Below, piece after piece: positions 1-6,280 of a stretch of DNA of 10,829 nucleotides. A model generated the notes under the pieces. That model had not been told where the DNA came from. It worked only from the letters and a program-made list of their open reading frames with translations, and did not search any database. This DNA is from Bacteroidia bacterium (lineage in GTDB: Bacteria; Bacteroidota; Bacteroidia; Bacteroidales; VadinHA17): positions 1 to 10,829 of the forward strand of contig JAPLDX010000099.1 of NCBI GenBank assembly GCA_026391215.1, in the 5' to 3' direction. A program made the position numbers and the translations under genes. The number at the start of each line of letters is the position of its first letter. Position 1 is the stretch's first letter.

Positions 1-2
1 AC

Positions 3-131
3 AGGGCAGGCAGAATAATAGATCAGCTCGAAGCTGCAGGCATTGTCGGACCTTTTGAAGGCAGCAAAGCCAGGGATGTACTTTGTTCCGATCTTTTCGT
101 TTTGGAACAGATTTTGAAGGGTCTTGAGTAA
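3..131 (+). CDS. ftsK: DNA translocase FtsK, C-terminal gamma domain (5'-truncated by the window edge)
   Basis: Manual translation from nt 3 gives RAGRIIDQLEAAGIVGPFEGSKARDVLCSDLFVLEQILKGLE* (TAA 129-131). This matches the FtsK gamma winged-helix motif (NRAGRIxDQLExxGIVGPxxGSKxRxVL), and a lolA-like gene follows directly. Confidence 0.93.
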   Translation, partial: RAGRIIDQLEAAGIVGPFEGSKARDVLCSDLFVLEQILKGLE

Positions 132-142
132 AAAGGAAACCT

Positions 143-778
143 ATGAGGATTTACTCTATATTATTTGCTTTACTTCTTTTGACAATCAATGCAGCGGGAC
201 AGAATGACCCCCAGGCAATTAAGGTCCTGGATAAATTCTCATCAACAGCCATGGCTGCACCTTCCGTCACAATGAAGTTCCTTCTTATTAACACCGACCA
301 GGTGGCAAATACAAGGGATACTCTGGAAGGATCTGTAATCCTGAGTAAAAACAGCTACAAGCTTGATCTCCCTGATAACATTATATGGTACAATGGTGAG
401 ACTTCGTGGAGTTATCTGCCTGCCGAAAAGGAGGTTACAGTGACCAAACCCGACAAAAACGATGATTCATTTCAAAGCCGTCCGTCTTCACTTTTTACTA
501 TGTATAAAAGCGGCTATAAAAACAGGCTCATTGAAGAAAGGTCCGATTCTTATATTATAGACCTGTATCCTGAGGACATTCAGAGCGATCTCGTCAGGGT
601 AAGGCTTAACATTGCAAACCCCTCACTGAATCTGAGAAGCTTTGAATATAAAAGAAGGGATGGCATTACAATTGACATTATTATCCGGGAATACAGCCTC
701 AAGCAGGTTCCTGAACCGGGCATGTTCATCTTTATACCTGAAAATTATAAAGGCGTTGAAGTCATTGATATGCGTTAA
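143..778 (+). CDS. lolA: Outer-membrane lipoprotein carrier protein LolA-like
   Basis: 211 aa with a signal peptide (MRIYSILFALLLLTINAAG|Q). It has the LolA-type pattern 'G..ILSKNSYKL...WYNGETSWSYLPAEKEVTV' and a C-terminal 'F.FIPENYKGVEVIDMR'. It starts 11 bp after ftsK, a conserved gene order. Confidence 0.85.
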   Translation: MRIYSILFALLLLTINAAGQNDPQAIKVLDKFSSTAMAAPSVTMKFLLINTDQVANTRDTLEGSVILSKNSYKLDLPDNIIWYNGETSWSYLPAEKEVTVTKPDKNDDSFQSRPSSLFTMYKSGYKNRLIEERSDSYIIDLYPEDIQSDLVRVRLNIANPSLNLRSFEYKRRDGITIDIIIREYSLKQVPEPGMFIFIPENYKGVEVIDMR

Positions 779-857
779 GTCCTTTCGGGATGTGCAATCC
801 TGGCGTCAAGGATATTTATCGTTTCCCCTTTGTGGTTAAGTACGTAATTATATTTTC

Positions 858-865
858 TACTTTTG
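858..865 (+). promoter_or_regulatory. Bacteroidota sigma-A -7 promoter element upstream of the NlpC/P60 gene
   Basis: TACTTTTG is an exact TAnnTTTG match, 18 bp before the ATG at 884. A TTTG at 829-832 could be the -33 element, but its spacing is longer than typical. Confidence 0.6.
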
Positions 866-883
866 TGACAAACTAAAAACATT

Positions 884-1645
884 ATGGAGCAGTATATATG
901 TGAGAATGTTTTTGTTCCGTTGAGGTCAGGCCCCTCCCACAGGTCTGAGATGTTCAGTCAGGTGCTGTTTGGAGAGAAATACCATATTCTCGATCAGTCA
1001 GGTCATTGGTTCAAGATTGAAACATTATTCGATAATTATGCCGGGTGGATTGATGTTAACCATGTTCAGCAGACTGAGGATAAAGTCAAAGCAGCCGGAC
1101 AGGTACTGAACAGATCATTGCTTTGCTATAAGAATGACAAGACAAAAATGATACTTGAAGCAGGATGCGAGATCTATAATGCTGATTTCATTGACAGGAA
1201 ATTCACTATAGGCAAAAATATTTACACAACTGATGATGATTTCAATAAAAGTTACATTACAACTACTGATTCATTTGCCGATCTGGCTATGAAATTCATC
1301 AATAGCCCATATATCTGGGGAGGGCGTATTCCTTCAGGTATTGACTGTTCGGGACTCACCCAGCTTGTCTACAAGATCTGTGGGATAGCTATTCCCCGTG
1401 ACAGCTACCAGCAGGCCGAGGCAGGAAAAGATGTCAGTTTTATTGATGAGGCTGTTCCCGGTGATCTTGTCTTTTTTGATAATGAAAGGGGCAGGATATC
1501 TCATGTAGGAATGATCCTTTCAAAAGGACTGGTTATACATGCCTCAGGCAGGGTGAGGATAGATACCATAGATCACCAGGGCATATATAAGCAGGAAATA
1601 AAAGGTTACTCACATCATCTGAGGACAATTAAGAGAATAGTCTGA
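884..1645 (+). CDS. SH3 + NlpC/P60 (peptidase C40) gamma-D-glutamyl endopeptidase, YkfC-like
   Basis: N-terminal SH3b-like segment 'VPLRSGPSHRSEMFSQVLFGE...WFKI...YAGWI'. C40 catalytic motifs are PYIWGG..GIDCSGL (Cys), IPRDSYQQ, PGDLVFF, SHVG (His) and IHASG. No signal peptide. Confidence 0.92.
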   Translation: MEQYICENVFVPLRSGPSHRSEMFSQVLFGEKYHILDQSGHWFKIETLFDNYAGWIDVNHVQQTEDKVKAAGQVLNRSLLCYKNDKTKMILEAGCEIYNADFIDRKFTIGKNIYTTDDDFNKSYITTTDSFADLAMKFINSPYIWGGRIPSGIDCSGLTQLVYKICGIAIPRDSYQQAEAGKDVSFIDEAVPGDLVFFDNERGRISHVGMILSKGLVIHASGRVRIDTIDHQGIYKQEIKGYSHHLRTIKRIV

Positions 1646-1713
1646 ATGTCAGGGAAGAAGAGTAGTATACACTTGGCATTTCCCGGAATAACAACCCGTT
1701 AAGCCATCAGAGG

Positions 1714-3384
1714 TCAGAGTTTCAGCTGATTTGTGATATTGTCATCAACAATTTTAAGTATTGACTCCTCCTCAGTTACAGCTTTGGATTCTATTTCGGA
1801 TCCTTTCTTAAGTATCTCATTTACAAATGCTTTGTCAGCAAGGCTTACTGCATTTATTTTAACATTCAGGAAAGCTCCCTTTATGCACGATCTCAGGGCT
1901 AATGCTCCTACTGCCGCATCAGTCACAGAAGCCGGATTTCCCTTTTCGACCATTTCCCTTATCAGGCTGAATCCGGAGTAAGCTGTTTCCATTACCTTGA
2001 ATGGCACCATGATAGCATCTTTAACAGCTTGCTGAACAGCCTCTTTCCTTAACTTAATTTCTTCTCCTGTCTTCCTGGGAAGCCTGTAAGCCTCTATGAT
2101 CTTATTGAATGCTTCAGTATCCTCATCCACCAGATCAATGAGCTTATTCTGTATCACTTTACCCCTGGCAGCCAGGTCAGAAAACTCTTTCCACCTGTCG
2201 TCCCATCCTTTTTTATGGCTCGACAGGTTTGCAACCATTGTGCCAAGAGCAACACCAAGGGCTCCCATATACGCTGATACCGAACCTCCGCCCGGGGCAG
2301 TAGATTCAGATGCAGTTTCATTCATGAATGCCATAAGGTCCATGTCGACCAGTTTTCTTTTCCCCTTTTCTGCCATAACAAATTCTATTATTTTTTCCTC
2401 AGGAATAAAAGGATGAATATCATTCAGTCCCATTGATTTTATAGCTATCTTAATAAGCTCATTATCAGATACTCCAATAGATCTATGCTGTTTTTCAAGA
2501 AAATACATTCCTGCATCCAGCATTGCCTTGAGAGGGATCAGTCCAACCAGTTCCGAGCCGGTAACCCTCACCCCTCGAGCATCCGCCTTTCGGCAAACCT
2601 CATCAAATGCGATATGAACAGGAGTTATAGAGATATTGGTCAGGTTCATGGAGATCTGGGCAATCCCGTATTCCTCAATATACCAGCCTATTGCCTTAAC
2701 ACTTTTAAGTGTGCCAGGTACACTTATTTTCTCTCCTTTTTCATTCTCACTGCTTCTCCCCTTTTCTCTCACATCGAACGCTATCGCATTAGCCCTTCGA
2801 ACTGAAGTCGTGTTAAGATTTACATTGAAGGCTACAAGAAAATCCCTGGCTCCCACAGCTGTAGCACCTGATCGTTCGTTAAAGCTTGCAGGACCGAAAT
2901 CGGGTTTCCATGCGGGATCAGCCAGTTTTTTCTTCAGCCCTTCATATTCCCCTTCCCTGCAGCTTGCAAGGTTACGGCGCTTTTCCTCAAGAGCAGCATT
3001 TTCATAACAATACACAGGTATCTTCAGCTCTTTGCCGATTCTTTCTGCCACCCGGCGGGAAAAGATTACAGTCTCCTCCATGGTGATACCGGTGACCGGT
3101 ATAAATGGACAGACATCAGTGGCTCCCATCCGCGGATGCTCACCATGGTGCTTCGACATATCTATTACTTCAGATGCTTTCTTAACTGCCCTGAAAGCTG
3201 CCTCGGATACAGCTTCAGGATCGCCTACGAAAGTCACCACTGTCCTGTTCGTATCCTTCCCTGGATCAACATCAAGCAGCTTCACTCCTTCTACAGCTTC
3301 AATTACATCTGTAATCTGCTTAATTACAGACATATCCCTCCCCTCGCTGAAATTCGGAACACACTCGATTATTCTCTTCTCCAT
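1714..3384 (-). CDS. ftcD: Bifunctional glutamate formimidoyltransferase / formimidoyltetrahydrofolate cyclodeaminase
   Basis: 556 aa. FT domain motifs: IECVPNFSEGRD, NRTVVT, GEHPRMGATDVCPF, AQISMNL, GSELVGLIP. The C-terminal cyclodeaminase domain has 'ASESTAPGGGSVSA', 'DEDTEAFN', 'GNPASVTDAAVG' and 'NVKIN'. Confidence 0.95.
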   Translation of the reverse strand: MEKRIIECVPNFSEGRDMSVIKQITDVIEAVEGVKLLDVDPGKDTNRTVVTFVGDPEAVSEAAFRAVKKASEVIDMSKHHGEHPRMGATDVCPFIPVTGITMEETVIFSRRVAERIGKELKIPVYCYENAALEEKRRNLASCREGEYEGLKKKLADPAWKPDFGPASFNERSGATAVGARDFLVAFNVNLNTTSVRRANAIAFDVREKGRSSENEKGEKISVPGTLKSVKAIGWYIEEYGIAQISMNLTNISITPVHIAFDEVCRKADARGVRVTGSELVGLIPLKAMLDAGMYFLEKQHRSIGVSDNELIKIAIKSMGLNDIHPFIPEEKIIEFVMAEKGKRKLVDMDLMAFMNETASESTAPGGGSVSAYMGALGVALGTMVANLSSHKKGWDDRWKEFSDLAARGKVIQNKLIDLVDEDTEAFNKIIEAYRLPRKTGEEIKLRKEAVQQAVKDAIMVPFKVMETAYSGFSLIREMVEKGNPASVTDAAVGALALRSCIKGAFLNVKINAVSLADKAFVNEILKKGSEIESKAVTEEESILKIVDDNITNQLKL

Positions 3385-3407
3385 ATTCTTTCTTTCCCAC
3401 TTTCTTC

Positions 3408-3520
3408 ACCCCCCCATCCCCCCTGAAGGGGGGTTAAATTAGTCTTGTATTTAGACCCCCTTCAGGGGGTGCCCCGCCTTGACGGGGCGGGGGTAATCCC
3501 CTTCAGAGGGGTTGGGGGGT
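3408..3520. repeat. REP/REPIN-like GC-rich palindromic repeat cluster (3 units plus an internal hairpin)
   Basis: Unit A (3408-3434) is ACCCCCCCATCCCCCCTGAAGGGGGGT. Units B (3455-3494) and C (3498-3520) are in the opposite orientation, with core CCCC(C)TTCAG(A)GGGG. 3419-3439 and 3449-3469 are inverted repeats matching at 19/21. GC is about 63% (71/113 by hand count) in an AT-rich background. Confidence 0.8.
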
Positions 3521-3522
3521 TC

Positions 3523-4779
3523 CTAATTTATTATTTTTCCTTTCAGTATTATAGTCTCAATCAGGTTGCTGCCAAAAGCATAAGGCAGGAACTCATACGA
3601 TGGTATTTCTTTAGTAATGAATATGTTAGCAACTTTCCCCTGAGCAATGGATCCGTGTGTTTCAGAGAGCCCCATTGCGTAAGCCGAATTAATGGTAACA
3701 GCATTTATTGCTTCTTCAGGAAGCATCTTCAGATTTATGCATGCCAGCGACATTACCAGCTTCATGTTCCCTGAAGGTGATGAGCCTGGATTGTAATCAG
3801 ATGCAAGCGCGACCGGCAGACCTGCATCAATCATCTTCCTCGCAGGAGGTTCTGGTAATCCGGTAAAAAATGATGATCCGGGGAGAAGCGTGGGCATTGT
3901 TTCTCTGCCTTTTAACGCCTCTATCTCTGCATCACCTGATCGTTCAAGATGATCCACAGAAAGGGCATCGTATTTTATTCCGACCTGTACGCCTCCGGAA
4001 AAATCCAGCTCATTTGCATGTATCTTTGCTTGTAGTCCATACTTGAGACCTGCCATTAATATTCTTTCAGTCTCCTCAACAGTGAAAAAACCCTTGTCAC
4101 AAAATACATCAATATAATCTGCTAGCTCCTCCAAAGACACTGCCGGTATCATTTCACTGATCACTACATCAACATATTTCTTCCTGTTGTCCTTGAATTC
4201 CGCTGGTACTGCATGAGCTCCTAAAAATGTGGCTTTCACTTCAAGTGGTGAAGTTTCTTTTATTCTTTTAATTACCCTCAGCATTTTCAGCTCAGCAGCC
4301 AGGTTGAGTCCATAGCCGCTCTTAATTTCAACTGCTCCTGTACCCAGCGAAATGATTTCATTGACACGTATCATTGACTGATTAAACAGTTCATTTTCAG
4401 ATGTTTCATTAAGCTTCCTGGCTGAATTAAGTATCCCTCCTCCCTTTTCTGCTATCTCCTCATATGAAAGTCCCCTGATCTTATCGGTGAATTCCTGTTC
4501 TCTGCTGCCGGCATAAACCAGGTGGGTATGTGAATCGCAAAATGAGGGAAAAACAAATTTGCCCGAGGCATCAATCATCTGAATGTCAGTATTCCCTGAA
4601 GTATTGAATTTACAGGGCATATCTGCCATTTTTCCGAAATCAGATATCTGTCCATTTTCAAGGAACAAATAAGCATCTGATATTCTGTTAATTAAGGACA
4701 TATCTTTCCCGCATACCTTAAGCTTCGGTTTCTCCTCAACCTGCACCAGTCCTTTTATATTCTTAATCAGCAATCCCAT
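3523..4779 (-). CDS. hutI: Imidazolonepropionase (histidine utilisation amidohydrolase)
   Basis: Metal-binding DSHTH plus GGGIL, EIKSGYGL, TFLGAH, DVFCDKGFF, KIHANEL, SVDHLE and ASDYNPGSSP motifs. The start was moved from 4848 to the ATG at 4779 (MGLLIKNIKGLVQ, 418 aa), which resembles typical HutI N-termini. Confidence 0.95.
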   Translation of the reverse strand: MGLLIKNIKGLVQVEEKPKLKVCGKDMSLINRISDAYLFLENGQISDFGKMADMPCKFNTSGNTDIQMIDASGKFVFPSFCDSHTHLVYAGSREQEFTDKIRGLSYEEIAEKGGGILNSARKLNETSENELFNQSMIRVNEIISLGTGAVEIKSGYGLNLAAELKMLRVIKRIKETSPLEVKATFLGAHAVPAEFKDNRKKYVDVVISEMIPAVSLEELADYIDVFCDKGFFTVEETERILMAGLKYGLQAKIHANELDFSGGVQVGIKYDALSVDHLERSGDAEIEALKGRETMPTLLPGSSFFTGLPEPPARKMIDAGLPVALASDYNPGSSPSGNMKLVMSLACINLKMLPEEAINAVTINSAYAMGLSETHGSIAQGKVANIFITKEIPSYEFLPYAFGSNLIETIILKGKIIN

Positions 4780-4816
4780 ATAAGTATTTAGTCGTAAAAA
4801 TACCAGCCTAAGGTAG

Positions 4817-4863
4817 CAAATATTAAAAAAAGAGGTCATGATTTCCATTTTTCTTTATCTTTA
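4817..4863. promoter_or_regulatory. Probable divergent promoter region for hutI (-) and the Omp85-family gene (+)
   Basis: One-mismatch TAnnTTTG elements occur on both strands of a 109 bp AT-rich gap. AATATTTG is on the minus strand (4824-4817) and TATCTTTA is on the plus strand (4856-4863). Confidence 0.35.
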
Positions 4864-4888
4864 ACATTATCAACCAAAACACTAACCT

Positions 4889-6280
4889 ATGAAAAAGGCC
4901 TTATCTGTTTTTTTAATTTTGATGATAGCTTTTTGCGTTTACGGACAGGAAGAGCAAAAAGAAGTAAAGGGAAAGAAGGAGAAGAAGGAAAAAGTCGGAT
5001 GGAGATTAAGCGGAATTCTTCCTGCAACTACTTATGATTCGAATCTTGGATTTCAGTACGGGGCTGTTGCAGAATTTAATAATTATGGGAAACCCAGCGT
5101 CTATCCCGATTATCTTGATCATATATATACTGAAGTATCGCGTTACACCAAGGGAAGCGCTACTTACAGGTTCATGTTTGAATCCAATCATCTCATTCCT
5201 GGAGTGCATCTGACAAGTGATCTCACTTATCTTCCCGATCAGGCCTGTCATTTTTACGGATATAACGGGTATGAATCAGTATTCAATTTTGGCTGGATGG
5301 ATGATGAATCTGCTGATTACAGGACCAGTATGTTCTATAGATTTAAAAGGAACCAGTTCAGGTTTAAGAACGATCTCCAGGGGAAACTATCAGGAGAGCA
5401 TATTAAATGGAGTGCAGGATTTGCTTTCCAGAATTTTAAAATCAGTTCGGTTGATATTGACAGACTTAATAAAGGGAAAAAAGTAAAACTCCCTTACGTC
5501 ACGGATGAACCAGGTCTGTTTGAATATTACCAGGCACTTGGATTGATCTCAGCCAATGAAGCCGATGGCGGATGGGTCAATACAGTCAAAGCAGGTATTG
5601 AATGGGACAATCGCGATTTCCGGACTAATCCCATGAAAGGTATATGGACTGAGCTGGGATTTGAAGCCGCTCCTTCATTTTTGGGAAATGACTGGGGATT
5701 TTCAAAATTTTATATCATTCATCGTCAATACTTTACATTGATAAAGGATGATCTTTCATTTGTTTACCGCCTGAATTATCAGACCACACTTACCGGAGAT
5801 GTTCCGTTTTTCTATCAGTCACAGGCAATTACATCCATGCTGACCGGCACATACAGTGAAGGGCTCGGCGGTGTAAGCACAATGAGAGGTGTTGTGAAAA
5901 ACAGGGTAATAGGTAATGCCTATATTCTCGGAAACTTTGAGCTTCGCTGGAAACCGGTTTACTTTACCCTTTTTAACCTGGATATATACATCGGGCTCAA
6001 CCTGTTTTATGATGCTGGCATGACTGTTAAACCCATTGATTTGCCTGACAATCTTAGCGATACTTTTAACAATTTACCTGAGCCCTATAACAGTTTGACT
6101 GAACCAGAGAATTTCTCTGATTACTTCAGACCTGGGGAGGAGAAGCTTCATCAATGTGTTGGTGTAAGCATAATGCCGGTAATAAATAAAAACTTTGTAA
6201 TTGCAATTGATATAGGCAAGGCATTGAATGAGCAGGACGGCAATATAGGATTTTCGATGGGTCTGAATTATTTGTTTTAG
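4889..6280 (+). CDS. Omp85/BamA-TamA superfamily outer-membrane beta-barrel protein, apparently without POTRA domains
   Basis: Signal peptide (…AFCVYG|Q), followed by alternating aromatic beta-strands. WDNRDFRTNPMKG is YDxRD..P..G-like, GLGGVSTMRGV is a variant of the loop-6 VRGF/Y motif, and NFELRW and FYDAG are also present. The C-terminal beta-signal is GFSMGLNYLF. Confidence 0.8.
   Translation: MKKALSVFLILMIAFCVYGQEEQKEVKGKKEKKEKVGWRLSGILPATTYDSNLGFQYGAVAEFNNYGKPSVYPDYLDHIYTEVSRYTKGSATYRFMFESNHLIPGVHLTSDLTYLPDQACHFYGYNGYESVFNFGWMDDESADYRTSMFYRFKRNQFRFKNDLQGKLSGEHIKWSAGFAFQNFKISSVDIDRLNKGKKVKLPYVTDEPGLFEYYQALGLISANEADGGWVNTVKAGIEWDNRDFRTNPMKGIWTELGFEAAPSFLGNDWGFSKFYIIHRQYFTLIKDDLSFVYRLNYQTTLTGDVPFFYQSQAITSMLTGTYSEGLGGVSTMRGVVKNRVIGNAYILGNFELRWKPVYFTLFNLDIYIGLNLFYDAGMTVKPIDLPDNLSDTFNNLPEPYNSLTEPENFSDYFRPGEEKLHQCVGVSIMPVINKNFVIAIDIGKALNEQDGNIGFSMGLNYLF

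Noticed and set aside
642-839. 65 aa alternate-frame ORF overlapping the lolA 3' end, and small hairpins at about 779-813
   Set aside because: The ORF is an out-of-frame overlap without motifs. The hairpins have only 4-5 bp stems and no clean U-tract, too weak to call a terminator.
1646-1713. Expected bidirectional terminator between the convergent NlpC/P60 and ftcD genes
   Set aside because: Only short 4-5 bp complementary patches were found, with no convincing stem plus U-tract.
1733-3086. Plus-strand ORFs inside ftcD
   Set aside because: Antisense shadow frames of a well-supported gene, with no recognisable motifs.
3408-3520. CRISPR array, or MITE/IS with terminal inverted repeats
   Set aside because: The units are in mixed orientation, with no regular unique spacers and no cas genes. 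There is no transposase and no clear target-site duplication outside the A/C ends. A REP-like cluster fits better.
3032-3774. Plus-strand ORFs 3032-3442, 3136-3426 and 3445-3774 crossing the repeat
   Set aside because: They are antisense to ftcD/hutI, and their Pro/Gly-rich parts are simply translations of the C/G runs.
4780-4848. 23 aa N-terminal extension of HutI (start at 4848)
   Set aside because: It is not HutI-like and overlaps the probable divergent promoter region. The ATG at 4779 is preferred.
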